This document shows positions 24,120 through 37,573 of a stretch of 64,000 bases of DNA, one piece after another (the stretch's first letter is position 1; every line of letters begins with the position of its first letter). Below the pieces are notes generated by a model, which was given only the letters and a program-made list of their open reading frames with translations, searched no databases and was not told where the DNA came from. The translations under genes were made by a program, and so were the position numbers. Source of the DNA: Octopus vulgaris (taxonomy: Eukaryota); assembly GCA_951406725.2 (NCBI GenBank), contig OX597814.1:154070001-154134000 (forward strand), written 5' to 3'.

Positions 24120-24332
24120 TTAACCATTTTGTTGCATATTTCTTTTGAAATACACTAGTCTGTTTGAATTTTTTTTTTAGATAATGAAGAAATTAGTAAA
24201 ATAGCTTTGTTATTATTAGATTTGTGTTTGGAACATAGATTAACATGAAATTTTAATGGACGATTTTAATTTAAATTACATTAAAACAGGAACTTTGTGT
24301 GATAGAAGTAGGATTTATATCAAAAGGGTTAA
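24120..24332. mobile_element. piggyBac-type MITE
   Basis: ttaaccattt ... aaaagggttaa ends. Related copy in the opposite orientation at 62947-63177. Confidence 0.6.
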
Positions 24333-24529
24333 ACAATCTTTAGAGCATAGACTGATAGAATTATTACACCATTGGAGAAAAATCCGAGTCTTTAGTTCTT
24401 TCCCTTTAATTTTCTGAGTTCAAATCTTGCTGAGGCCAACTATATTTAGTGTGCTAAAAATAAGTAGCAATCAAGTCCTGGAGTCAATATAATCAACTAT
24501 TCTATCCATCAATATTAGGAGCCTTATTC

Positions 24530-24880
24530 ATCATCATTATACATTGATTTTCCATGCTCTCATGGCTTGGACAGCTTGACAGTATCTGTTAAAACCAAGG
24601 GCCACACTAGGTTCTGTAGTATGTTTTGGCATGGTTTCTATGGCTTGATGCCCTTCCTAACACAACCACTTAATAGAATGTACTGGTTGCTTTTTGCATC
24701 GCACCGGCACCAAGTGCTTTTTACATGGCACTGGCACCAGGTGCTTTTTGCATGGCACCGACACCAAGTGTTTTTTGCATGGCACCAGCACCAAGTGCTT
24801 TTTACATAGCACCGACACCAATGCTTCTTATGTGACACCAGCATCCACACCTATGCTTTTTATGTGGCACCTTGATTTTA
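24530..24880 (-). mobile_element. Family A SINE with an internal ~24-bp subrepeat expanded ~7 times
   Basis: gcaccNgcaccaagtgctttttNcatg tandem units at 24690-24870. Confidence 0.8.
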
Positions 24881-26424
24881 GTATCCACTGGTTTTTAGAT
24901 CATGCTATAGAAATTTGATAAGAATAATATTTTTTTCTTTAATTATTTAAAAAAATACTTTTATGAGGAAAATTCACTTTTTGCTTTTTGTCAGAGCCAA
25001 ATTGTTTCTTTATTTTAACTCCTTGAAGGCTTTCTTTCTAAGCTGTCTCCAAGTTGTTAAATTTTTTTTGTGATTTTTTTTTCCCCCTGAGGACATTTGC
25101 CAAGTTAATCAGCTCAAATTACACTGAACTAGTCACAGATATTCACAAAAACCTAATCAACATGAGGTTTTATATGTAATTAACTTTGTTTCAAATCACT
25201 TTGTTCAATTTATTTACTTTAATTTGGAAAGTATTATCAAACTCTTAATCACCACATTATTTTACTCAACAAACTTCATAATCTCTCTCTGATTTTACTG
25301 TTAGTGAATAAATAGTTCAGTTCATTACTGATAAACAAAATCTATATTAAATTTTTAACCAATCCTAGCACATTGTTAAAAGTGATACTAGTTTACATTG
25401 CCCAAGAAATGTTTTATCACTTTCATCTGAAGAAAAATTTCCTTTTTGCTTGGGGTGGTAGTATTGCGAGAATTTCCTTCCACCCCACCCAGTAACATTT
25501 TATAAGCTGAGTTGAATGTTTTAGGTATTTCAGATAAATAGGATATCTGAATGAATTATCAGGTGTATAGTGTTTCATTGTCAATATACTAATACAAGCA
25601 CTCCACTTAACCTGCTTTCTGTAGTAGGGTCACTTGAAGTAGTTTGGGGTGTTCACTTGACAAAATATGTTTAGAAAGGAGACTTTGTTTTGTCAGCAGT
25701 CATCATCATCATCATCATCTAATGTCCTCCTTCCATGCTGGCATGAGTTGGATGGTTTGACAGGAGCTGGCCAGGCAGAAGGCTGCACTGTTCTTCTCTG
25801 TCTGTTTTGGCATGGTTTTTACAACTGGATGCCCTTCCTAACACCAACCACTCCACAGAGTGGACTGAGTGCTTTTTACATGGCACCAGCACAGGTGGGG
25901 TCAATTTCAGCATAGCTTGATAGATAGGTCATGTAAGTGGCTCATGTGAGCTGTTAAGTCCATGCATGAGTGCTTTAGACTCAGTCCAGATCACATAACC
26001 ATCCAATATAACATCAAATTTGATGTTAGATGTTCATTATAATTCTGTGTTTATCTTTTGCTCTTTGACATCATTGTTTGAGCCAACAATCAGGCCTGCA
26101 CTTGTCAGATGGACCTGTAAGAAATAGATAAATCTGTAAATCATATCTTATTTTCTTCAAAAAAGGAAATATACATGCATTGGCACTTGTGTAATTTTGG
26201 GGCTCAGCCCTACTGTATGGAACCATGAGCAATTTTCTTCTACTATAATCCCATGCTGAACAAAGCCTCATGAGTGGATTTGTTAGAAGGAAGCTGAAAG
26301 AGGCCCATTCTATGTGTGTGTGTGTTTGGGTTTGTTTATGTTCTTGCAATGCAGCAGATCAGAAAAAGAGACTGATGATATATCAGGCTTAAAAAAAATG
26401 TACTGGGGTTGATTTGTTTGAATG

Positions 26425-26885
26425 CAGCCATGGCTGATGCCAGTATTGCATAACCAGCCCATTCAAAAGCACCCTTGAATCGTTGGATGATATGCTGTGC
26501 TTCAGAGGACCTGTTGAGTCAAGTGAAATCATAGTCGTGGCCGATCCCCTGCCGCCTGACTAGCACCTGTGCTGGTGGCACGTAATAAGCACCATTCAAG
26601 TGTGGGTTGATGCCAGTGCCACCTGACTGGCTCCCTGCACTGGTTGCACATAAAAAGCACCATCTGAACGTGGTTGATGCCAGTGCTACCTGACTGGCTC
26701 CCGTACCGGTGGCACGTAAAAAACACTCACTACACTCTGAGTGGTTGGCATTAGGAAGGGCATCCAGCTGTAGAAACCTTGCTAGATAAGATTAGAGCCT
26801 GGTGCAGCCTCCTGGCTTCCCAGTCCTCAGTCAAACTGTCCAACCCATGACAGCATGTAAAACAGACATTAAACGATGATGATGA
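26425..26885 (+). mobile_element. Family A RTE 3' UTR/SINE with (GAT)n tail, nested in a family B SINE
   Basis: ggtggcacgtaaaa subrepeats and ggaagggcatccagctgtagaaac. Family B sequence lies on both sides (26190-26420 and 26886-26945). Confidence 0.8.
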
Positions 26886-27218
26886 ACCTTTCAAAGTGGT
26901 GCCCCCGCATTGACCACAGTCCAATGACTAAATCTAGTAAAAGATAGGCTATGTGCTTAAAAAAGGCCAGATGGTTATGGCTGGAACATTTTTGATTATA
27001 GGTATGTTCACTCCAGGTTGACCTCACACTAAACAATAACAAACAGTGATGTCATAATAATGGTGGAATATTATGACAGTAATGTCATAATAATAACAAT
27101 AAGTGTTTTTAAAACCACTTCAAGTAAGTAGCATGGCTCTTATTACATAAATGTGATGAACATATTTTAGGATTCTTTCTAATTAATTGCAACTGGAAAG
27201 CAAACTTACCTCAGTATT

Positions 27219-27369
27219 CAGGCATGCTGTTTGGTAAGAAGCTTGCTTCCCAATCACATGGTTCTGGGTTCAGTCTTACTGCATAGCACCTTGGGCAAGT
27301 GTCTTCTATTATAGCCTTGGACCGATCAAAGCCCTGTGAGTGAATTTGGTATATGGAAACTGAGAGAAG

Positions 27370-27404
<35 letters not shown>

Positions 27405-27571
27405 TATATGTGTGTGTGTTTGTATAGGTGTTTGTCACCCAACACTGCTTGACAATAGGTGTTGGTGTGTGTACCAGGCTTAGAGAAAAAAAAACTAAGT
27501 ACTGAGGTTGATTCATTTGACTTAAAAATTCTCCAAGGTGGTACCCCACCGAAACAAGTAAAAAATAAAAA
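27219..27571 (+). mobile_element. tRNA-derived SINE family B
   Basis: Head ggtaagaagcttgcttcccaa..ggttcagtc, body ccttgggcaagtgtcttcta, internal microsatellite, tail gaaacaagtaaaa. Confidence 0.8.
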
Positions 27572-28326
27572 GATTCAGAAAACAGTCGAAACCTCAGTCC
27601 TCATGCAAACTAGGTGCTGCAGAACAAGTATACATGCTTTAAAGAAATAAAAAGTGTGTAAGAAGGCTCCTTTTTACCAACACAGCTCATCCTCACTTCT
27701 CTCTGGTATAAGTGTTATAGAATTTCTGGTCTACTGACAGTAAATAATTGTTTCAGAGCCCCTAATTATTATATTTTTCAGAGTTTTTATTGTTATCTTA
27801 GGTGGGGCTGGTGCTAAACAATTGTGGAAGGAAAAGGAGCTTTATGTATTGATAGTAAGGATATAGGTATGTCAGCACTGGAATAGAATTAAAATAGACT
27901 TGCTTTCTTAATGGGCTAATAGGAAAAAATAATGGGTATTTTAAATATAACAAAATAACACTACTTCAGATTTTAGAAATAGCAGCATGGATTCAGGTCT
28001 TGTGTGTGTGTGTGTGTATATAAGGATTCAGGTGAAACAGGCACTTAAATGGTAAGTCATCAGGTTGGGTCAGAATTAAAATGCATACACAGCAACTATA
28101 GGTGAATACAAATATTGGTACCAAAGTACAGGCAGAGAGATATTTAGATTATGTATACAATTAATTGAACCTTACTGACTATGCTATGAGTCCTTGGGTT
28201 AATCCAGAAATGCACATTGTATTGAATATACAGTCCATAATATACTTCAGATTATGCGAGGAGCAGTTTCCGAGAGAGGTGAATTATAAATAAATAAGAA
28301 ATGATGAAAAAGTGTCAATTCATATA

Positions 28327-28357
<31 letters not shown>

Positions 28358-28556
28358 CATCATCATCATCATCATCATCGTTTAGCGTCCGCTTTCCATG
28401 CTAGCATGGGTTGGACGGTTCACCTGGGGTCTGGGAAGCCAGAAGGCTGCACCAGGCCCAGTCTGATCTGGCAATGTTTCTACGACTGGATGCCCTTCCT
28501 AACACCAACCATTCCGTGAGTGTAGTGGGTGCTTTTTATGTGCCACCGGCACAGGT
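28358..28556 (-). mobile_element. Family A SINE, young
   Basis: (cat)n cgtttagcgtccgctttccatgctagcatgggttggacgg. Confidence 0.85.
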
Positions 28557-30439
28557 GATATATAACCATGAACTATAAGCTTTTTTCAGCTTATCGAACT
28601 TCAGTATAGGAAAAGCCTACAACCTTCTACGCCAATAAACTATTATTGTTCCTGAAAGTTGTTTTTTATACCTACCATGGATTGCTCAAAGCTTACTAAC
28701 TACCTACACCTGGATCCTTGGATCTTACAATTCTTACATATCGTTTTATATCATCATCATCGTCGTTTAACGTCCGCTTTCCATGCTAGCATGGGTTGGA
28801 CGGGCTAGCATGGGTATATATATATATATATATGTGTGTGTATTCTTTTACTTGTTTCAATCATTTGACTGCTGCCATGCTGGAGCACTGCCTTTAGTTG
28901 AACAAATTGACCCGAAGACTTATTCTTTGTAAGCCTAGTACTCATTCTATTAGTTGGTTTTGGGATGTAAACACACCAGCATTAGTTGCCAAGCGATGGT
29001 GGGGGGACAAACATAGACACACAAATACATGTATATATATATTTTATCTTTTCTCTTTTATTTGTTTCTCATTAGACTCTGGCCATGCTGGGGTACCACC
29101 TTGAAGGGCTTTTAGTTGAAGGAGTCCCCTCCAGTACTTATTTTTTTTAAAAGTTTGGTACTTATGTTATTGGTCTCATTTGTCAAACCACTAAGAAAGC
29201 TCTATATGGTTGCCTGGCCTTCTAGAAATAACAGCCAAATCTCTCTCAATTCTCATGCAGTCATCATAAGAAAGAAAAACATTGGATAATATTGTTCTCG
29301 ATATACTATTTGAGTAAGTTGTGGTAGTCACAACTGGACTGCCTAATCATAGGCCTACTCAAAGCTGTTCTTGTGTCAAAACCACAACTATGTGTTTTAC
29401 TAATGAAGCTAAAACATTTAGGATGCAGTTATAAAATATTTCCTGATTTTCTCTGCATTTAGCTTATATAATTTAATTTTTGTTTCTTTGTCATTTACAT
29501 TAAATGTACTTCCTCTCTGAAGAGCTTGTAATTTAGTATTATTGCTGAAACATTACTGACACTGGCAATGAACAACCTTGTTCATATGACAGTGAAGCTC
29601 ACTTACAGCCATCATTTGATGTCTAGACAAGGGTTTACACACATATGTGCAGCACCCTGCCACACACCACAGGCTTCTTTCCAGTTTCCATCTACCAAAT
29701 TTTTCCACAAGGCTTTGGTGAGCCTGTAGCTATCGTAGAGGACGCTTGCCCAAGGTGCCATGCTGTGAGACTGAGCCCAAGACCACATAGCTGGGAAGAA
29801 ACCCCTACCTCTTGTTTTATGTAGCCCCAGGTCAGCCTTAAAGGAATTTCAGCTGTGACTATTTCATTTTTGCCCTAGGACACAACACATCGCCCAGAAT
29901 TGAACTGATGACCTTGCAATCATCAGCTGAATATCCTAACCACTAAGCCACTCAATTTCACATATCATTATCATCGTTTAACATCTGCTTTCCATGCTGG
30001 CATGGGTTGTTGTGTCTATTTTTTAAAAAAAGTCAAAAAATCTCTAAAAATGAAGGTGTGAATTTATCTAATGTTTTAGTTTAATTAGTTTTCAGGGTGC
30101 TTGTTAGATTATAAACCTCAGAAGCATTTGTTTTTTTATACATAGTTTTTTTAATATATATATATATATAGAATGTCTGCATAGCTCCATTTCCTAATAC
30201 ATTTTGTTGGTTGGGCCTTTGTTGCTCCAAAATAGTAATTCATAAATATAGCAACCAGGCTTAATTTTGTTTTAGAAATCATCTATAATTACTGTTTTCC
30301 TTGTCTGATTAATTAATCTTATTGTAAAATAAACAAGCTAGATCCGTTTGCTTTTCAATATTATTTTACATTGGGATAATTTACTCATTAGATCATGACT
30401 TTGTAAAGCTTGATGCATTAAAACATGCCTCCACCCTCA

Positions 30440-30760
30440 CCTTCTGAGGTGCTACACAGTCTGGTTCAGTTCCAATGTGTGGTGCCTTCAGCAAGTGTCT
30501 TTTACTATAGCCCCAGGCTGACCAATGCTTTGTGAGTGAATCTGGTAGATGGAAACTGTGTGAAAGCCTGTCATATGTTTGTGTTCATGTTTGTTCTCCC
30601 ATTGCTTGACAACTGGTGTTGGTCTTTTTTTTTCTCTGTAACTTAGTGGTTTACCAAAAGCAACCAATAGAATAAGTACCAAGGTCAATTGGGTTGACTA
30701 AACCCTCCAAGGTGTTGCCCCAGTATGGCCACAGTCCAATGACTGAAAGAAGCAAAAGGT
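30440..30760 (+). mobile_element. SINE family B, diverged
   Basis: gcaagtgtcttttactatagcc..gaataagtacc..ccccagtatggccacagtccaatgactgaaa. Confidence 0.75.
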
Positions 30761-31372
30761 ATAATTACTGTTCTTCATGCCTGTATTGTAAAATAAAATT
30801 AATTCCAGATTTGCATATCTATTTCAATATTATATTATAATGGGGTTAATTTACCCATTAGAGTGTGATTGTAATTAGCTTGTCTCATTAAAATCTGTAT
30901 CCATCCTCTTCCCACATACATACACTGACATCTTTAACTCTGTCTTTGATATGAGAATCTTTGGGCAAAAGTCCAACCAATGACCTTTAATTAATATTAA
31001 GCAATCGAGATTAGAAACTCCTAAATAAGTAACTAAATGGTTGTTTGAACTTCTAATAATCCTTTCTGCTATAAGCACAAGGCCCGAAATTTTGGGAGAG
31101 CAGAGTAATCGATAACATTGACCCTAGGTGCTCAACATATACTTATTTTATCAACCCTGAAAGGATGAAAAGCAAAGTTGACCTTGGTGGAATTTGAACT
31201 CTGAATTATAAAGATTGATGAAATGCTTCTAAGCAGATAAGCAAATGCCCGAGATGGAGGAGTTGATTATAACTGGAATGATTTTGATAAGTCTCTTCAC
31301 TGACTGTCTTGGGACTAAACATCATCATCTTTGTTGTAGTATGTGTTGAGTTACATTGCTGATTACTCTGTT

Positions 31373-31671
31373 TTTTTTTTTGTTTTTCTTCTCTCGCCCT
31401 CTTCAAGCCTGGCCTGGTTTCTATGGCATATGTGTTCACCCCAGCTGGACGGGACGCCAGTCCATCACAGCGTTACTCAAGAAACAGGAAGAAAGAGTGA
31501 GAGAAAGTTGAGGCAAAAGAGTACATCAGGGGTCGCCCCCCCCCTGCCAGACCCTTGTGGAGCTTTAGGTGTTTTCGCTCAATAAACACACACAATGCCC
31601 GATCTGGGAATCGAAACTGCGATCCTCCAACTGCGAGTCCGCTGCCCTAACCACTGGGCCATTGCGCCTCC
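31373..31671 (-). mobile_element. tRNA-derived SINE family D with 12-bp TSD
   Basis: Head ggaggcgcaatggcccagtggttagggcagcggactc with A and B boxes. TSD gattactctgtt at 31361 and 31672. Confidence 0.88.
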
Positions 31672-32329
31672 GATTACTCTGTTAATGCAAGTTATTTAAT
31701 TTGCATTAGTCACCTCTCTTCCGCACACTATTGCAACCTCCAATACTTTTAATGTGGTCTGCACATTTACTCCGAATCAAGACCATTAATATCTCCTGCT
31801 GTAGGACCCTATTCAACAACACTTAAACTCACATGCTACACATCTTAATAAAACATGCTCATTGATATATTTCCTTAACCTGAAAAAAATGCAGCTCAGA
31901 TTATCTTGCATGATACAAAAGCTATGTGTAATATCCTTTTTATAAAGAAAATATTTCATCATGAATGCCCTGAATGTTTTAAATATATATAGAAATTATT
32001 TCCTGTTCAAGCAATTTTTCCCTGGTTCAGTGTAGTGTATATCTGTTAAGGCAAAGTGAGTTAACTACTTCTATGTCTGTCAATGAATATGTACTGATAT
32101 TTGTCACTCTTAACTGGACTCATAGCTACTGATATTAAACAAGTTAGGACTCCTTCCTTTCTGCAAGGTAATCAATATGATTGGTTCATCAATTTTAATT
32201 TTATTCTTTACATTTAAAATATTTTTCTTTATCATTACAAAATTAAACAGATTCAACAACTGAATTTCTTTTTAATAAATTAGATGAATATGAAATAAAT
32301 TTTAATGAAATATCTGGGTAGGATTTTTT

Positions 32330-35071
32330 GAAACATGGGCGCATTCCTTACTCTGTGATGGGGTTTTCAACATCACGGGGTACAACCTCTTCCGTAAGGA
32401 CCGCACTAACCGCCGTGGTGGTGGTGTGATGGTCTACGTTCGTTCAAATTTTTTGGTAATTCCTTGTGCCGATTTGAACGAATCACAAGAAGAAGTTTTT
32501 TTCTGTGACGTACGTATGACCATGTCAACACTCCTGCTTGGCGTTGTTTATCGTCCCCCAAATTACCATCAGGACACACAGCTTTGCAACATCCTCCGAG
32601 CTGCAGCCAGGAAAACAGCCACTTATGTGTTTATTGCAGGCGATTTCAATCATCCTGAGATCGATTGGGAAACCTTCCGTTGGCCACAGAGTGCAAACGA
32701 TTTTGTTGAGCTTGTGCTGGACTCAAACTGGTCACAAGTAGTCACCTCTCCAACAAGAGGCGACAACACCTTGGACCTGCTCTTCACCACAACTCCTGAA
32801 GCGGTTATCAATTGCACTACGGAGGAACCTCTAGGTGACTCTGATCATGCTATGATCATCGCCAATCTGGCTCTTGCGGGCAACCAACACCTGAACCATC
32901 TCCAATCTGCTTCCTTCGATTGGAAGAGAGCAGATTGGAACCTGTACCACACTGAACTACAGCACCCAAATTGGCGTGAATTCTACAACTCTGGAGATGT
33001 GAATACTATACTCCAGAGTATCCTGGACTCAATATGGGCAGCATGTGCAGCATCAGTGCCACGTAAACAAAAAAAGAAGAACCGCCCCAAAAGGGCAATT
33101 TGGGAAACTTCAGCAGTCCGACTTGCCAGGAAGGAACGTCGGACTGCTGAACAGGAATACAAGTTGCATAAATCAGACACCAACAGGAAGAAGCGGAATA
33201 AATCCTCCAACCATCTCAAGCAAGTGACAAAAAATGCAGTGCTTGAATTTGAACAGTGCATAGCAGCCAATCCTGACAGCAAGGTTTTCTGGAAATATGT
33301 GCATTCAAAGCAGAGACCTCACTCTCCAGTGGGCCCTCTTCGCAACCCTCACACGAACCAGATCACTGACGACCCCAAGGAATGCGCAGAACTCATTGCC
33401 GAGTGCTATGCAAACATATTCACTGTCGAAAGTCAAAATGTACCATCTTCACCATCACTAACAGCAAACTCCATAACAACTATGGAATTTACACCTGCAA
33501 TGCTGCGACGTCACCTTCAAAATAAGCGCAACTATGCCTCCCCTGGTCTCGATGGAGTTACATACCTGCTTCTCAAACGTGGCAGGCACTTCCTTTTACA
33601 CCAGCTTTCTATTTTCTTCCAGTACTGTCTCAACAATGGTGCTACTCCGGAGCAGTGGAAAACTGCCAGTGTCATTCCTCTGTTCAAAAAGGGTGACCGC
33701 ACATCACCTGTCAACTATCGCCCAGTCAGTCTCACTAGCTGTATTGCAAAACTGATGGAATCGTGTGTCAGAGAAACACTCTGGAACTTCTGGAGCTCTC
33801 ACAGTCTCATCCGACCCTCACAATATGGATTTGTCCCTAACTCCAGCTGCAGTGACCAGCTTGTCGAGTTCCTTGAGGACATTACTCAGATCACTGACAG
33901 TGGCTCATGGGTGGATGTTGTCTACCTTGACTTTGCTAAGGCTTTCAACTCTGTGCCACACAAAAGGCTTATGGTGAAACTCTCTGCAATGGGTGTGGGG
34001 GATGACCTTTTTAACTGGTTGAAATCCTTCATCCTCAGCCGAAAGGAGGTAGTCACAGTTCTAGGACAGCACTCTACACCATATGAGATGTCATCGGGTG
34101 TACCACAGGGATCTGTCCTTGGTCCCCTCCTGTTTGTGGCATACATTAATGACATAGATGCCAATTTAAAGAATGCCACAGTATTGAAATATGCAGACGA
34201 CATCAAGCTGTACCTTGAAATCAAGAGGACTGATCCTGATGTCTACAACTCTTTCCTGCAATCAGACCTAGACACAATGCAGCAATGGATCACAGACTGG
34301 CAACTGAAACTGGCTGTGGACAAGTGTACCACCATGCATTTTGGGAGAAAAACCCTGCGTCCACATACTCCCTCCACAACACTGATATCAAGAAATCCTC
34401 TTGCGAGCGTGACCTAGGCATCACTGTCAGCAGTGATTTGCGTTGGACAAAGCATATCTCTAAAATTGTCAAGAAGGCCGAGGGTGTCTTGGCATCACTC
34501 AGTAAGACTTTTGTTAGCCGCTCTCCAGCCATCTATTTAAAACTGTATACAGCTATGGTACGACCACACTTGGAATTCGCATCATCAGTTTGGAATCCCT
34601 ATCTTGCTCAGAACATTGACCTCCTGGAATTTGTCCAGAGACGTGCAACCAAACGCATACCCTCCATCAGACACCTACCATATTCTGAGCGCCTTGTTTC
34701 CCTGGGCATGGATTCACTGAAGCTCCGGCATCTAGCGACGGACTTGGTAAACACCCACAAGGTTATCAACCACCTCACCAACAACAACACTGAACACCTT
34801 TTTGATCTCCATGTGTCTAACACACGTGGACATGCCTACAAAGTCAGAAAACAGCACAGCTCCCATGACTTTCGGAAACATTTTTTCACGCTCAGGGTTG
34901 CTGAAGCGTGGAATAAACTGCCTGCATCAGTTGTTGACTGCCATGACACTGCATCCTTTAAGGCCCTCATGCTTCACGAAATCCGTCGAAACTACACCTG
35001 ATTATATATACACTTTAGATGAGTTGTAGTGCACCTGAGCACTGTACACAATTATTATTATTATTATTATA
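32330..35071 (+). mobile_element. 5'-truncated CR1/L2-group LINE: APE endonuclease plus reverse transcriptase, one frameshift
   Basis: In frame from ETW (32330): YRPP, GDFN, LDL, SDH, then NYRPVSLTS, YLDFAKAF, GVPQGSVLGP, YADD. Continues in ORF 34285..35001 (ERDLG..TRGH..AWNKLP). Short 3' UTR and (ATT)n tail. Confidence 0.96.
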
Positions 35072-37391
35072 AATCACCCCTCTTCTATTTTGCCTGACAA
35101 CCAAACAAACCAATCAAATTGATGCTTGTGTTCTTAATTGGTGCTAACCATTTACAAAAGCACTTAATTCTGTGTTAAAACTTTGTTCACATATCTGGGA
35201 TGGTATTAGTGTTATTACTACTACTGTTATCACACACACCCAAACACACCTCCCTGAGCCACTGAAGGAATCTTTGTATGGTCATTCAACTTGCTAGAAA
35301 TAACAACCAAATCTCATTAAATCTCATTACATCCTACTGCCTTAAAAAAGGAGAGATATATCGGATAAAATGAGATGGCTACTGTGTTGTTGAGGGCAAA
35401 TAAAAGGCCATGGTTACCGATCCTCTTTTTTAACTTTTCTTTTTTTGAGTTTACTACTTATTCTGTCGACCTTTTTTATGCTGAACTTTTAAGATACTGG
35501 GATGTAAACAAACCAACACTGCTTGTCAAATGGTGAGTGGGGACAAACACAGGCACATACAGATATATATATATTTATATATGACAAGTTGTTTCTTTCA
35601 GTTTCCATCTATCAAATCTACTCACAAGGCTTTGGTCAGTCTAGGGCTATAGTAGAAGCCAGTAGCTCAAGGTGCCTCACAGTGTGTCTGAATCCAAGGT
35701 CACATGGTTAGGAAGCAAGCTTCTTACACTGCTATGGAGCTTGAGGCTGTTCCCTGATTCATTAAATCCTCTCAAACTGTCCAAATCTTTGCAGCATGGA
35801 AGGCAGACACTGAATGATGATGATGATGATTAAATATATGTTCCGGTACTGTGTAAAAGCACCTGGTACACTCTGTAAAGGGGTTGGTATTAGGAAGGGT
35901 ATCCAGCCATAGAAACTGCTGGTCAGTTCCTGTCAAACTGTCCAACCCATGCTAGCATGGAAAGCGGATGTTAAATAATAATGATGATGGTGGTGGTAGT
36001 GGTGGTGGTGTATGTGCAGGTATGGCTGTAGGCACAGATGTGACTCTGTGGTATGATGTTTGCTTCCCAACCACATAGTTCCAGGTTCAGTTCTTCTGCG
36101 TGGTGCCAGTGTTGTTCTTTCCCAATTATTCTGCAAGAATATATTTGGCTATGGGGGAAATATTACCTCACTTGGAAACAGGTGAGGGTTGGCAACAAGA
36201 AGGGCATCTGGCCACAAAAAATCTGTCTTGATAAACACTAGCTAACCCATGCAAGCATGAATAAGTGGACATTGGAATGATGATGATATGTGTGAGTGTT
36301 TATGTGAAGTTATTGATAAAAGGGTCACTCAGTATTTTTGCATAGTATTCATATATATTAATTTTTATGAAGAAAATGATGGCTTTCAGTTTACCAGTCA
36401 TCATCAATCAGATGATGGCCAGTAACCTGAAATTTTGAAGTTACTATCAACCTTTTCGCTCACACACAACTGAATATGTTATTGGGAAGTTTTAAAATTT
36501 TCAAAAGAAGTCAATGTCTTCAATTCCAGAAGACACTTAAAGGGTACCACGCAAATTTTAGATAAGAAACTTAACAAAAACCGACATGAAATTCTATCTC
36601 CCAAGATACCATATATCTGTTAACTTATGATAAGGTCATATTTTCTCTTTCTTGAAATCAAACCAAGATTTGAGGAAAATTTCATGTTTATTCACATCCT
36701 CTTCCCACTTTTCATGATTTGTGACTGACATAGGTTTAGTAGATATTTGGTTTAATTAATCAATTTTAGATTGGTTAAATGATATTCGCTGTTAGCATTT
36801 TTTGCTATAAGCTCCAGTTACTAGACTAAATATTTAACTACATATAAAAATTAATAGTTTTTGCTATTATTGGTGAACTACCTTAAAACTGAGCAGATGT
36901 ATATGTGGAACTCTAGAATGGAACTGATACTGTTTGGCATATTTGAAGTTAAAGATAAGATAAAGGGAGGTTGCCCTGCATATAGTCTAACTTGTAAGAA
37001 ATTTGCGAGATGGAATGGCTGTGTTGTCTAATATCAAACCTACTTAGCAACCAGGGTTTTCAGTTCGCAAAAACATACTTCTGGGCATCCAATAGGCAGC
37101 TAAACAACTCCATTCATGATGTTTACATTTCACAACTGAAATATTTAGAATGATATCAAATTATGCATTTAATAGACATAAGTACCTATATAAGAGAGAA
37201 GAGAACAATCCCATGGAAGGAATCTAAACCATGTATTGGTGATGTATGATGAATACATCATAGTTCTTTATGTTTTAATGATAATTCTTTCTTTTTTTTA
37301 TGATTGATACATAATATCAAAACAGATCAAGATTTATTTCTTCCTACCTGATGCAAAAATGAAAGCAATATTAGTTTTTATAGTTCTATAT

Positions 37392-37532
37392 TTAAGAGAT
37401 GAAGAATTATGTACATTATTTATATTTGACAGATATTTGTCCTCATCTTCTTTGTTGATATACCCTCCAGCCTTCATCAGGTGTCTTGGGGAAATTTCGA
37501 ACCTGGGTTCTCATTCCTAAGGTATTTTTTGA

Positions 37533-37573
<41 letters not shown>

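Noticed and set aside
28020-28075. CTGATGA with a small hairpin on the minus strand
   Set aside because: No GAAA or UH follows, so it is not a hammerhead.
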